In this document: piece by piece, positions 38,501-48,522 of the stretch
How positions within the stretch are numbered: position 1 is the stretch's first letter
How the letters are laid out: the number at the start of each line of letters is the position of its first letter
Origin: a virus
Strand: one strand, 5' to 3'
IMG/VR virus record: IMGVR_UViG_3300028835_002196
Span: 12,247 to 76,246 of that record
Length of the DNA: 64,000 nt
Position numbers and translations under genes: made by a program
The notes under the pieces: model-generated
Seen by the model: only the letters and a program-made list of their open reading frames with translations
What the model was told of the DNA's origin: nothing
Databases searched by the model: none

Positions 38501-41224
38501 CCCATCGTATATATCCAACCATCTATACATTCTTTCTGCTGTATTGGTCATTCCTAAATCTTCTGCTTGGCGGGACGTTTTTTTCACTCGATCAAAATAC
38601 TTAGGACTGAGGTACGAATACCACTTACCCCCCAGGGGATCAGAAAGTTTTTTTGCAGATGTTACTGAATATAACTGTAAAGGCCCAAATAATAAAGTAT
38701 TAAATATCATCTCAGCCACCACTCTCTTTCCTGCCTCATCCATATTGCCCCACTGCTGATCCCAGGCCTCTTTAAAACTTTTATCCGCCGAAAAAGCTGC
38801 CTCAACAGCATTCGCAGTAGTAAAACCTACCTCCATACCTGCTGTTGTTCCCAAAGTTGTTTTCAGTAAAGGCCCAAATATCCTGCCTACCTTACTTTTA
38901 AACTTAATCCTGTCCGTAAGAGTATGTGTTGCATTCATCCCTGATATAACACCAGGGGCAAATCCTCCTATACCAGTGAATATTGCCTCGTCCAATAAAA
39001 ACTCTAACGCTATAGCACTTGACCTGCTTATACGTGTCGGATTAACCTCTTTTATCACCTCCCAGCCAATAGGAACGGGATCTTTTAAACCAATAACTGA
39101 TTTCGCTGCTTTATGGGGTACTGGTTCTTCGCCCCCCCATCGAACAATACCGGGCAAGCCTTTAGGAGCTTGTCTTGTTCCTAACGGAACTGGTTTGACT
39201 GTAGGTGCTTTATAAAAAGGATGCCTTATAATTTTATAGCCGTTCTTTAAACGCCCCAGCTTCATTGCTCCTTTTGCAAACTTTGACACTCCCGATGATA
39301 TAAAGAGTAATGGAAGATGAGGTACCGCACTGCCTGTAAACTCAAAAAATCTTTCCCACATAACCGGCTCAATATGTTTTTTCTCTTCATCTGTAAGCCC
39401 AACCGTCTCATTACCAATCTGTGCAAGTTTATGTATGATCGCAGCATCTATAGATCCAGGACTAGCCTCAAGTACATTTTCCTCCCCAACAAATGAATGT
39501 AAGGCAGCATTACCAAATATCTGTGCATAATAACCGTCTTCTTTTGTAATATCCATAGGCCCTACATTCTTCATGGCCATTAACGCATGTGCCTGAAAGT
39601 CTGCCTGTGCATATCCCTTATTGCGTAAAAGATCATCATACTGTTTCCTTGACATTTTCCCTGTCTGAAAGGCTGCCTTTCCGTCTTCAAGCCTTCTTTG
39701 CCAATATTGGAGCTTAACGAAACTATCGGCCATACGGTCATCAAGCTTTTCTTGTGGTGTTGGTGTTGGTTTCGATGTTGGTTCTTTTTTCTTCTCTGCC
39801 ACCTCTTTCCACGATCCAGCAGCAAATTCAACGGCTTTCTCTTTATCATCAAAAGCAATATAATTTTTTTCATCCAAAGCCGTTTTCATAGGATCTTCAG
39901 GCTCATCCCACTTGCCATCTTTATATGTAAGGGTAGGGTAAACATAATATTTTCCATCAGCCTCCCCCCACGCCATTAAGTGAGATGATTCCGTACCATC
40001 TTCGTTCTTTCTTACCGGACCTTTATCACCTTGTAATATCCTTTTAACAAACGGAACATTTTTATTATCACGTAATACTTTTTCTGTGTCAGACAATTCC
40101 CCTTCTTGCTCCTTGTTATATTGACTGACCCGGCCCTTAATCCCCTTAGCTTTTTGAATATAGTCAAGCTGTGCCTTCTTCCAGGCATCTGTACGATCCC
40201 AATAACCGATCAGGAAATCCGATCTTGGTATCTCATCTTGTTTCCCTACCCAATCTTCGGCCTCTTTGCGTAACCCCTCTACCCTTACTCCTTCCTCGTC
40301 AAGTGTCTTGATCTCTTCCCCTAATTCTGTAATCTCTGGATCTTCCTCTGCCGGCACCTGGGCTGTCTCGAATAATTCTTGCATATAGGCAACAATATCC
40401 GCTTCCTCTACTGTTTCCGGTTTCCGGTGTAATCCTGTCTCCGGATCTAAAAATGTTCCCTCTTCCCATCCATCAATATAGGGCTCTGCCTCTTTCCTGG
40501 CTACTTCGGGTATATTGGTATATTTAAGGGTGGTTTCTTTCTCCTTGCTCACAAGCTCACTTTCTGCATATTGCTGAAGCATGGGTATAATCTTCTTGAT
40601 CACATGATTATCGTAACCATCCTCTTTTAATTTTCTCTCGATACGTCTCTTTTCCCCTGTATGAAGAATAGACAGAAACCCTCCCGGATTATCTTTGATG
40701 TAACCAAACTCCTTATCGCTCATTAGATCATTAAACGCCTTCTCTGCCTGCAGTGCTGTTTCTGCTCGCCCCTCCTTAAGGGATTCTCGCTCTCTAATAC
40801 CCAATTCTGTTACCTGCCCTTTTATGGCATCTGCTTCGGCAATAAATGTTTGAGGGGATATTCTTGGCAGTATATCTTCAATTCCGACTTGGAGTTCATC
40901 ATACAACTTTTCTGTCTCTCCGGCCTGGTAATCTATTGGAGAAAAATCTCTCTCCTTTTTTTTTGGTGAGGCCTTACCTAAATTCTCGGCAATAAAACTT
41001 TCTCTGATCCGATCAAATTCAAGTTGATCTTCTAATCCCTGGTGCTTAAGATATGGAGTTGTTATCTTATCAAAAAAACTTTCCAGCTCTGTTTTTTTAT
41101 CTTCCTCTACCATCCTGGAAAATTCAGGGCTATTAACTAAATTCCACTTGGCTTGATTGTACTGTTCTTTTTTTACATCAAACCCTTTCTGAAATTTCTT
41201 TTTATCGTCAACAATTCCATTCAT
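35573..41224 (-). CDS. Large internal virion (ejection) protein, possibly the N-terminal part of the giant protein
   Basis: 1883 aa, E/K-rich with a central hydrophobic G/A-rich segment; follows the tail genes. Confidence 0.65.
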   Translation of the reverse strand: MNGIVDDKKKFQKGFDVKKEQYNQAKWNLVNSPEFSRMVEEDKKTELESFFDKITTPYLKHQGLEDQLEFDRIRESFIAENLGKASPKKKERDFSPIDYQAGETEKLYDELQVGIEDILPRISPQTFIAEADAIKGQVTELGIRERESLKEGRAETALQAEKAFNDLMSDKEFGYIKDNPGGFLSILHTGEKRRIERKLKEDGYDNHVIKKIIPMLQQYAESELVSKEKETTLKYTNIPEVARKEAEPYIDGWEEGTFLDPETGLHRKPETVEEADIVAYMQELFETAQVPAEEDPEITELGEEIKTLDEEGVRVEGLRKEAEDWVGKQDEIPRSDFLIGYWDRTDAWKKAQLDYIQKAKGIKGRVSQYNKEQEGELSDTEKVLRDNKNVPFVKRILQGDKGPVRKNEDGTESSHLMAWGEADGKYYVYPTLTYKDGKWDEPEDPMKTALDEKNYIAFDDKEKAVEFAAGSWKEVAEKKKEPTSKPTPTPQEKLDDRMADSFVKLQYWQRRLEDGKAAFQTGKMSRKQYDDLLRNKGYAQADFQAHALMAMKNVGPMDITKEDGYYAQIFGNAALHSFVGEENVLEASPGSIDAAIIHKLAQIGNETVGLTDEEKKHIEPVMWERFFEFTGSAVPHLPLLFISSGVSKFAKGAMKLGRLKNGYKIIRHPFYKAPTVKPVPLGTRQAPKGLPGIVRWGGEEPVPHKAAKSVIGLKDPVPIGWEVIKEVNPTRISRSSAIALEFLLDEAIFTGIGGFAPGVISGMNATHTLTDRIKFKSKVGRIFGPLLKTTLGTTAGMEVGFTTANAVEAAFSADKSFKEAWDQQWGNMDEAGKRVVAEMIFNTLLFGPLQLYSVTSAKKLSDPLGGKWYSYLSPKYFDRVKKTSRQAEDLGMTNTAERMYRWLDIYDGPLATEGVKEARIASKSEIAKSFEDRWLESTLKNYENAITVVENTRAKNKFPTQAKWKEGKAEKSILLNNRFHTDLLLEDLYENRGVFNFEMETRKQAGKFMQAGLKEGEAPMLPALPVSEGGDVFPKQTLTMTYDRKVYQEIKQAEEWEGNRFGPPQKALEGTIADFRQQWTDQWMETDKQTEPLKKEITEIDEKLGKFKGRKDLTQRREIDKLKEQKGVLINKIEKAFQEVTTENLQLQEGVYDLVRDKIREIDPDMTPEQIEDEVNVLADQILNGEIPVDIYAKQPMEEFINKWLGEKYLEEKEYIEGRKQAGEKLLAAIEKTREKLPEGEEIVFEHPTRQWRDKIIKRGARLDKEYREVVNEKDLVEFEKQVKVDLIETEQKLKKLKPEEPEVKKKGKPAPAKPQDFEILAKQVSEKSEDPEEIVRIYQMGQEHYQPKLVPWQERLLTTKVTKKSLAEFGDPNKFSMAMMKNWIGKKDPITKQYAAGTSKIDVLAKDMTEEFGIEVTTDMIAEFIMENPSKQKAEAKDPVMKELEIRFKEVAGMSIDKYIEDEQAFLKGIDKSDFDFVDVMEMLKEEEGIESITLKDFESIREKYFTGFPFTEEEGQIVKEYLYEKEKQSKKAGEEPAEGITPTKGVGVKGKKVEGEPGEVDISVELDEMTGLLGDIDFSYGSPEGRQTDSPNEIKLAKVATKIVERFVGNKIYKFPEMIKKVAGSVTQEKLERLLPYLKQGYGAYMTTIGADVEDTVFEKMDIAQARRFKQEDIGEIYQAMHEPAKKEDFSDIVGKSFLFPNLSKGNSQKVLDIIRVEEWDDNDEGLKKYGGPLFAEKPIGQKIMVAVYSDNSNYGGSMLGISVDQLRGMIKSGEAVAPPPFKHMQEWTELNNEIARQRNALGETEDAQKYLDRGQSAPHVSLLEKREGAADPLWKERSERMIKIGNERLEARKIYDGEVIPKPSDKITVSTDEDIIFRMI

Positions 41225-41226
41225 AG

Positions 41227-42789
41227 TTAATAATCAAGTTTTTTCTTTTTCACTTGCCTGGGATCAAATATTCCCTTGTTCATTTGGTTTGTAATATCAT
41301 TTACAGTTTGTTCGTACTCATCCCAACTCACATCCTTCATCCCACCAACTTTAGCTTTTACGTCATCCTTTATTACAGAATAAGGCACATAATCTGAACG
41401 ATTAAATGAACTTATATCGTCTCCTTGCTCTACTTGGCCATATTTCATTCTAACCAAAAAGTACGGCATCCAACTATAATTTATTCTCTTACCCGATCCC
41501 GTTAACTTATCATTAATCTTTTCAAGTTCCGCGAACTGTTCATCACCTATTGGTTTGTCTTTAAACGTATTCATTGGTCTAAAAATACTTTGTATTGGCC
41601 CCATCCAGGGCGATTGTTCTTTATTCAAATCAACATCCTCATCTCCTACCGGAAGCCAAATTATTTTCATTGGAAGTACAGAATAATTCCCCGCTTTTAC
41701 CTCCGGCATGCCATCCTGGGTATTTACAAAATCTTCCGTAACATCTATGGCCACAGAACTGCTAGGTGTATTTTTGAATACACCCTGTAAATTAACCGCA
41801 AAAGGCGAAGTATGTTCTATCGGACTATCTGCATTATCATTATAAAGAAGAACAGTATCCGGGTTCCCAATAAACATACCCTGTTCATCTTTTTTTGGAA
41901 TACCTGATCCTATCGAAATTTTAAGTCCTCCTTCACCAACTGAATAGAAGGTTTCCTCAACCTTGCTGCCGGATTTTACATTCAAAAATTCTTTAGAATA
42001 ATACTTATGAACATTTTCTTCTTTATTGGGATCAAGGTTATTCTTTATATCAGATCTCATTATATCTGCAATACCTTCCCTAAACTCATCGCCCATTGCC
42101 TTTTGGCTCAACCATATCTTTTCAAGTGCGTCTTTACGATCTGTTGTAGAAATACCCTCCCAGGTTTTCTTTTTAATTTTCCCCGTCAGGGGATCAAATG
42201 CGTTCTCTAGCACGTCTTTTGTTACTTTAGTATAATCAGCCACTCCACCTGTAATGGTTTCTAATATATCCATTGGCTCAGTTTTATGCACAACCAGGCC
42301 AGGTACTTGTTTTGCCCTCTCAAATATATCGCCTTCATAATCAATATAATCCATTATTTTCTGTTTCGTTTTCACTTTATCAACATCCTCTCTCTGCATC
42401 GCCTCCCAAGCACTCTTTACCGCCGCCCCTTGTCTTGTATAAAGATCCGAGGCCTGTTTCACCCTGTCTTTTTCCTGGGCAAATTTCTTAGCCAACAATT
42501 GTTCTTTTTCTGTAGTAGGGTTAGCAATATTATATCCTGCTTGGAAAGATTGATTCCAAATTTCCTCAAGATTTCTCATGCCGCCGGTTATCTCCCTGAA
42601 ATTACGATCATCTTCCCATGCCTTTAAATCATCAAACTCCTCAAATTCTGCTCGATCAACACTCATTTTCTTTTTCAAAGCAGTTTTATTGGCTATATGA
42701 TACTCCCAAGCAGGACTGGTATAACGCTCATTTTCGATTACCTGTGCCCTACCAAAGGATTGATTTATTCCAGATTGTCTAAGTGCCAT
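41227..42789 (-). CDS. Putative internal virion protein
   Basis: 520 aa; position in the ejection-protein block. Confidence 0.55.
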   Translation of the reverse strand: MALRQSGINQSFGRAQVIENERYTSPAWEYHIANKTALKKKMSVDRAEFEEFDDLKAWEDDRNFREITGGMRNLEEIWNQSFQAGYNIANPTTEKEQLLAKKFAQEKDRVKQASDLYTRQGAAVKSAWEAMQREDVDKVKTKQKIMDYIDYEGDIFERAKQVPGLVVHKTEPMDILETITGGVADYTKVTKDVLENAFDPLTGKIKKKTWEGISTTDRKDALEKIWLSQKAMGDEFREGIADIMRSDIKNNLDPNKEENVHKYYSKEFLNVKSGSKVEETFYSVGEGGLKISIGSGIPKKDEQGMFIGNPDTVLLYNDNADSPIEHTSPFAVNLQGVFKNTPSSSVAIDVTEDFVNTQDGMPEVKAGNYSVLPMKIIWLPVGDEDVDLNKEQSPWMGPIQSIFRPMNTFKDKPIGDEQFAELEKINDKLTGSGKRINYSWMPYFLVRMKYGQVEQGDDISSFNRSDYVPYSVIKDDVKAKVGGMKDVSWDEYEQTVNDITNQMNKGIFDPRQVKKKKLDY

Positions 42790-42819
42790 TGATTGTTTCT
42801 TATTTAATTAATTTTATGA

Positions 42820-43500
42820 TTATTCTCCCTCTTCGCTTTCACTATTACCAGAAAGGCCCAATAACCGTTGTATTAACTGATTAAATATTGAACTGTTTTC
42901 ATCTCCTCCTTTATTCATGCCCAATATTCCTCCCAGGCCAATCGTATCCCCTATGGATTTAAACAGGTTAGACGTTCCGCCCATTATATTCTGTGTTCCC
43001 GCTCCTAGCATGGCGTTAGCCTCTGCCATCTTCTCCTGGTACTTCTGTTTCTTATTCCAATCCCACGCCATCTGCTCATATTGTCCTTTTTGACCCAAGG
43101 CAGATCCTAACCGACCCTGGTTTTGATAAATCATTTCTTCAAGCCTTGCCTGAAGGTTCGAAAACTTATCCTGTTCTCCCGCAACCATCTGGGTTACTGC
43201 CCCCAAACCACCGGCTCCCGATTGCATATCTTTAATAGCCTCAATTCCCGTTGCTGTCGAGGATCGAATATTTCCCTCGTATATATCCTGTCCCGGAAGC
43301 CTGTCTGCCCCGGCAAGATTCCTGAATAAATTAACCATTTCATCTATGGATTCAGGGGTCCCCATCGTTGGGCGGGTTTTCTCCCATTTTCTAAGCATTT
43401 TACTTCCCTTCCCGGCTTGCCACATACCATAACCGGTTTTAATAAGATCACCGAATGATCCTACTAACTGTGATGCACCTAATCCCATTTGTAGTACCAT
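42820..43500 (-). CDS. Putative ejection/pilot protein
   Basis: G/A/Q/M-rich, hydrophobic ends and coiled-coil middle; directly after the tail nozzle gene. Confidence 0.6.
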   Translation of the reverse strand: MVLQMGLGASQLVGSFGDLIKTGYGMWQAGKGSKMLRKWEKTRPTMGTPESIDEMVNLFRNLAGADRLPGQDIYEGNIRSSTATGIEAIKDMQSGAGGLGAVTQMVAGEQDKFSNLQARLEEMIYQNQGRLGSALGQKGQYEQMAWDWNKKQKYQEKMAEANAMLGAGTQNIMGGTSNLFKSIGDTIGLGGILGMNKGGDENSSIFNQLIQRLLGLSGNSESEEGE

Positions 43501-43511
43501 GATATTTAACT

Positions 43512-46500
43512 TTAACTTGTTTCGCTATCTGTATATCTAATCCTGATATTTTCTAAAAGATAAAACTCTCCATCATTCCCGTCATTTTCTAATTCAACAA
43601 TAAGCACCTGCCCTCTCATCTCCCTTCCATTTATAGCCTTCTGGTCTGCTGACCACCCTGCCCGTGGCGTATTCATGTCTTTCATTACCGGAGCATAATA
43701 AATTCCTTCTTTCGCTTCCAGCAAGCTTTCAGGAAATCTTGTTTCCATACCCAAGGGATAATTTGGATCTGCCGGCACCTGCAAGGCATCAGAAGATTCA
43801 TTATAAAATTTTCTATTAGCCTTTATTGACATAGCTTTCCATATTTTCACCTGATCAGGATCCACATTAACAACGAATATAATTGATGGATTATAAACCG
43901 AACCATCGTATTGATTGTAATTACTTCCCCTGTTATGAATAAAAATCTTATTATTTATAGTGGATATCAATGTATTTCCGAAATTAATATATCTATCAAC
44001 CCCCTCATTCGTGCCGTGTGTCCATCGTTTTTTATCCTCGTTAAACACCATTGTTTGTCGATGCTGGCCATCCCAAAACCAATGAGCAAATATTTCCTCA
44101 AACCCTTCATTAACACCAACAATACACCTAACATCCGTTTCATTTCCAATAGTATCTGACAAGTTCCTGAAATATGTTCTCATCTTATAAGACGAAACCG
44201 CAAACGGGCCATTCGCACTATCCCTGATAAACTTGGCTGTACTACGATCCCAAAAATAAAGGTGCCTTTCATGTGCAAGTACGCTTTCAGGATTCTGTGT
44301 GCCCCAATTTTGTGTCGATGGCCTTTTTGTTCCCAGGATCGTATTTGTTAAGATAATATTTTCCGATCCGTCAGGATTAAATGAAGAAGTTCTTTTAATA
44401 TAAATACTCCATATTTTATGTGCCTGGATAATCTTCAGTACAAACCCAACCTCTTGCAATCCATAAATCCCCCCGTGTTTTTCTGGAAGGTCTGTATAAT
44501 CACCGTACTCAAAATCTGCGATCTGATTATTTTTTGTTCCAATACTCAATATTCCGCCAAAACGTATTCGGTTTTTCATACGCACCTGTCGTGCCAAATC
44601 GCTTTCAATCTTTGGAAACCCCAAACCAATAAGGTTAGACGGCCTCGTATAATCACTAAGATGAGCACTTTCACAATAAAATTGTGTAACATCTAAAAGT
44701 TCTCTCCGGTATTTATAACTGTCATTCGCAACAACAGTTACTTCTGCCCCGGTTATATTCTGTCCATAAGAATTTATTGTCTGATCTACATCGCCTCCAT
44801 GAATAGGCCCATCACCTGTTACAATGATCGGATATTTCTGGGCAATCTCAAAGTACAGGTTCGCAGTTGTTGTTCTTTTTGGTCTGTATATCTCAACCAT
44901 ATGATCAACAGTCAAATCTGTATCATCCAAATATCTTTGTATCCTTAAAATATCCGAATCCTCCGGATCTGTTCCTATAACCTCAACATCAATATACCGG
45001 TCATACATAGTAAATGATCCCGAATCTATATATCCTATAACCCTCAATCTGTCACCATTCTGAAAATCATACCTGTCAACTTCAAAATTCCTGTACGCAT
45101 TCTTCACGCTATCAATCCAATCATTTATGTTAATCTCGATATAATCGGTCTGAAATTCCACACTATTTATTCTTGCCTGTATCCAATAGGACATGCTAAG
45201 ATTTCCGGTATAAACGATATGATAATGCGTGGCCCACGGTGGAGGTATATGATTAATAATAAGTTTTATCTGCCAATGCTTATCATGCTCAAGGTTCCCT
45301 GACCCCCTGTCATCATTATAAAAATCAAGATAAACGCCCATCTCTTTAGTCACGGAAACCGGGTTTTGTCTTCTCCGGTCATCATAATAAACCATTCCCA
45401 GGCCATGAGTAGCTCCTGCCTTAAGATTAATATATTTGGCAATAAGTTCTCCGGGGTCCTGTACCTGCCCTTCTACCTTATATCCAATTGTTTCATAATA
45501 ATTTTCAATCTGCCCTAACTGTACTATGTGCCTATTAAAACAAATAATCCCGTCCAAGGTAAGGTAAGAATAACATGTATCAACATCTATTCCCTGCACA
45601 CCACATTCCGTAACCAGAGCATCTCTTACGCTATTAGGATATCCGGCCTCATCACCTGACAACATAATATAAGTAGCTGTTTTTACTACTGTATAATTAT
45701 TTGAATATTCTACAATTTTATACACCGATCCAACATAACCTTTTTCAGGAAGAATTATCATATAATGTCCTTCTTCCTGTAATGGATTAGGAGGATCGGG
45801 GGCTAAATCCCATGATATAACCTCCACCTGCATAGTAATAATTACAGGATCAGTGGTATCTCCCACAATACTTTTCTCAACCACTACACCCAATTTTACT
45901 TCCGGATACCCTTCGGTGGGATCGGCAAAAATTATATGATTATCCTCAATTATTTCAAGAAACCCTGCCTTTTGAGGAACGTAATGAAAAGGTTTATAAA
46001 CTTCTGTATCAGAAATAGCATATGGAACAATATCATCAAAGAAAGAATACACCCTGTCCTGATAATCTCTTAATGTCTGATAATCATTATCATCATACTT
46101 ATTAACCACGGTAACCCTATACCATGTCGAAAGATCTTTAGAACTGCGAAATATAATCTCGATATGCACAACTCCTGATCCTCCTGATCCATAATTTATA
46201 TCAATGCGATTATTTACACTTGTATCTTCGTTTGGTTCACCATCATGTGATTCATCGCCTTCTGGCAAAGTAATGTTTGACACGGGTCCAAAAACACTTT
46301 TACGAAAATCATCATAGATCCAACGATAAGCGAATTGATAAAGATTTCCACGAAGATTATTTGATTTTCTGGACGTATCAGTTATATAAGTATATGTTGC
46401 GGGATCAATAGGAGGTGTCGCAATAAACAAAACATCTTCAATAAATAATTGGGGTTTATAACTATCCAAAATAAGACTTTTCTGATCCCAATAAGATGAC

Positions 46501-47108
46501 CCACTCTCGGGTTCCTCACCTGTACTACCCTGAGATGCTGTCCAAAAATACCCATTATGCCCTACAACATCGCCGGTAAGGTATGATTCTGTTGCCAGCC
46601 ATTCTCCTGAATATTGTTGCACATCATCAAACCCATTAGCCATATACTGTATAGCCTTATCAATCTTCAAATATTTCGGCTCTTCATTATTATCTGTCCA
46701 AAAAAATTTCCCGTTCAGTACTCTTGCATTATATACAGGATACAGAGGATCTAATTTCATAACGCCATATGTTCCTATGAGATCCTTAAATATTATAGCC
46801 GTTGTTTCATTATTAGCATCGATCACGATCACGAAGTCAGCTACCGTTGGCTCATGATATAATAAATAAATCTTATCAAATTCTTTATCCACAGCTCCCC
46901 CTATACATTTGGAAGCCGAAGAAACCGGACCCCCCGCAACACTTTTAAGCAGCGGAGACTGTATCGCTTCCAACATGCCCCCGTAAGCAGCTATAGAAAT
47001 ACCAGACCTCATGTTCAAAAGACTTCTATAATCTTCTTCCGGAACATCTTTGTCGTGATCATCCGAATTAAGTCCTCCCCTAAACCTTTGTCGTACTTCT
47101 TTTATCAT
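43512..47108 (-). CDS. Tail nozzle/muzzle (stabilisation) protein, crAss-like
   Basis: F.GGLN.D, FFWTDN.EEP, YQFAYRW.Y.D...S, K.GA.H..G.VYYD...R, G.QNPES and KEG.YYA; beta-propeller-like 1198 aa. Confidence 0.75.
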   Translation of the reverse strand: MIKEVRQRFRGGLNSDDHDKDVPEEDYRSLLNMRSGISIAAYGGMLEAIQSPLLKSVAGGPVSSASKCIGGAVDKEFDKIYLLYHEPTVADFVIVIDANNETTAIIFKDLIGTYGVMKLDPLYPVYNARVLNGKFFWTDNNEEPKYLKIDKAIQYMANGFDDVQQYSGEWLATESYLTGDVVGHNGYFWTASQGSTGEEPESGSSYWDQKSLILDSYKPQLFIEDVLFIATPPIDPATYTYITDTSRKSNNLRGNLYQFAYRWIYDDFRKSVFGPVSNITLPEGDESHDGEPNEDTSVNNRIDINYGSGGSGVVHIEIIFRSSKDLSTWYRVTVVNKYDDNDYQTLRDYQDRVYSFFDDIVPYAISDTEVYKPFHYVPQKAGFLEIIEDNHIIFADPTEGYPEVKLGVVVEKSIVGDTTDPVIITMQVEVISWDLAPDPPNPLQEEGHYMIILPEKGYVGSVYKIVEYSNNYTVVKTATYIMLSGDEAGYPNSVRDALVTECGVQGIDVDTCYSYLTLDGIICFNRHIVQLGQIENYYETIGYKVEGQVQDPGELIAKYINLKAGATHGLGMVYYDDRRRQNPVSVTKEMGVYLDFYNDDRGSGNLEHDKHWQIKLIINHIPPPWATHYHIVYTGNLSMSYWIQARINSVEFQTDYIEININDWIDSVKNAYRNFEVDRYDFQNGDRLRVIGYIDSGSFTMYDRYIDVEVIGTDPEDSDILRIQRYLDDTDLTVDHMVEIYRPKRTTTANLYFEIAQKYPIIVTGDGPIHGGDVDQTINSYGQNITGAEVTVVANDSYKYRRELLDVTQFYCESAHLSDYTRPSNLIGLGFPKIESDLARQVRMKNRIRFGGILSIGTKNNQIADFEYGDYTDLPEKHGGIYGLQEVGFVLKIIQAHKIWSIYIKRTSSFNPDGSENIILTNTILGTKRPSTQNWGTQNPESVLAHERHLYFWDRSTAKFIRDSANGPFAVSSYKMRTYFRNLSDTIGNETDVRCIVGVNEGFEEIFAHWFWDGQHRQTMVFNEDKKRWTHGTNEGVDRYINFGNTLISTINNKIFIHNRGSNYNQYDGSVYNPSIIFVVNVDPDQVKIWKAMSIKANRKFYNESSDALQVPADPNYPLGMETRFPESLLEAKEGIYYAPVMKDMNTPRAGWSADQKAINGREMRGQVLIVELENDGNDGEFYLLENIRIRYTDSETS

Positions 47109-47125
47109 TGTTTTTACAATTTTAA

Positions 47126-47890
47126 TTACCTGCGTTTGGGTGACTGTTTAAGCATTTTATACATAATGTCCCTGTATTCATCCATTGTAGGAGTGAATAC
47201 AAAAGATCTTAATTCCATAACATCCCTGTCATAAAGTTTTTCCCTGCGTGTTTTTTCGTGACCAGGAATTCTTTTATCAAATTCCCCTAATTGCCAGTGC
47301 GTCCATGACAATAATGGTTTAACTGCTGGTCTTGGAATAGTCGTTGATGAGGTTAAAGATACTCCACTACTGACATACTCAAGTACAATTTCTGATCTTG
47401 GTACCTCCGGTGTAAAAATAAATTGTCTCATTTCTTCATCATACCGGAAATATGCTACATTATACCCCCCACTCATTCCATAAAGAGCTCCTACATATTT
47501 CCCGCCCTTAAAATGACTTACAAAAGAAGATACGTTACCAGGATCCGCACTATCAAGATGTCCAACATCTTTACCGTCTGGGAATTTTCGGGGCAATAAC
47601 ATGTTTTTTCTCTTTGTCAGTGTAACTAATTTTCCATTAACCGGAATCCCCACCTTAACCCAATCAATAAAATCCGAAGGAACATTAACTATTTTTGCCT
47701 CATCCATATACAGATATTCCACCTCTATATTTGTAGTATGATACAGGTTCAGGTCAGTAAACCCTTCTATCACTATCTGAGCAAGACGTTTATAATTTCT
47801 CATTGAATAGTCATTTATCCTGTTAAGATAAGACATCACCACAAATTTGAGGTTAACCAACCCTGCTGTTTTAGTATTTGCTAAACTCAT
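47126..47890 (-). CDS. Tail ring/adaptor protein
   Basis: VPSDFIDWVKV and EIVLEYVS.G motifs; position between fibre and nozzle genes. Confidence 0.65.
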   Translation of the reverse strand: MSLANTKTAGLVNLKFVVMSYLNRINDYSMRNYKRLAQIVIEGFTDLNLYHTTNIEVEYLYMDEAKIVNVPSDFIDWVKVGIPVNGKLVTLTKRKNMLLPRKFPDGKDVGHLDSADPGNVSSFVSHFKGGKYVGALYGMSGGYNVAYFRYDEEMRQFIFTPEVPRSEIVLEYVSSGVSLTSSTTIPRPAVKPLLSWTHWQLGEFDKRIPGHEKTRREKLYDRDVMELRSFVFTPTMDEYRDIMYKMLKQSPKRR

Positions 47891-48522
47891 TGTTTGGCTA
47901 TATTATCGTTAATTTGATCTTCCGGAGCCATAGCAGACATCCTCTCCACGATAAGATCTACAACTGCCAGATCTTGCCCTGCCGGCATGGGTATTTCATC
48001 AAAATCATCATATTGACTAAGTGGCAAAAGCATCAATACTGCTATTTTTAATGTACTAAGATCGGGCTGATCATAATAGATCCTGTACACGTTGCCCTCG
48101 TACTTTTCAATCCAAAAGGAAGGAACATCGTCCACTCTTCCCACGTCTAATACTGTAAAAACCGCTTGCGAATTGCTATCCACATGGGCAAACGGATTTG
48201 TGGGATCGTTCTGTGGATACAACATTCGTATACCTAAGTTTTCAGGCAACCTTACGGGAGGAAATGGTAATAAAGAATATTTTAGGTTTCTATCAGTATC
48301 ATCGCTAACATCAATATTCCTAAAAGTCCTGGCATACATATCAAGCTGAGAAAAATCCTGATTCTTCACGCCTTCTTCATAAGTATCCCTGATAAGTTTG
48401 TTATAAGCAGCCTCGATATGCTTTTCAATTATTGCTCCATGGTACCTGCTCTTAACATCTGCGGTCGTATCACCCCCTGAAAGACGTGATTCAACCATTT
48501 CTATTAACACTTGTTTCCTCAT
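47887..48522 (-). CDS. Tail ring/adaptor protein
   Basis: Coupled to both neighbours; D..EIPMP C-terminal motif. Confidence 0.55.
   Translation of the reverse strand: MRKQVLIEMVESRLSGGDTTADVKSRYHGAIIEKHIEAAYNKLIRDTYEEGVKNQDFSQLDMYARTFRNIDVSDDTDRNLKYSLLPFPPVRLPENLGIRMLYPQNDPTNPFAHVDSNSQAVFTVLDVGRVDDVPSFWIEKYEGNVYRIYYDQPDLSTLKIAVLMLLPLSQYDDFDEIPMPAGQDLAVVDLIVERMSAMAPEDQINDNIAKQ

Noticed and set aside
26922-42789. Virion RNA polymerase
   Set aside because: No DxDGD-type catalytic motif noticed; the recognisable motifs are MTase, helicase and HExxH. A profile search is still needed.
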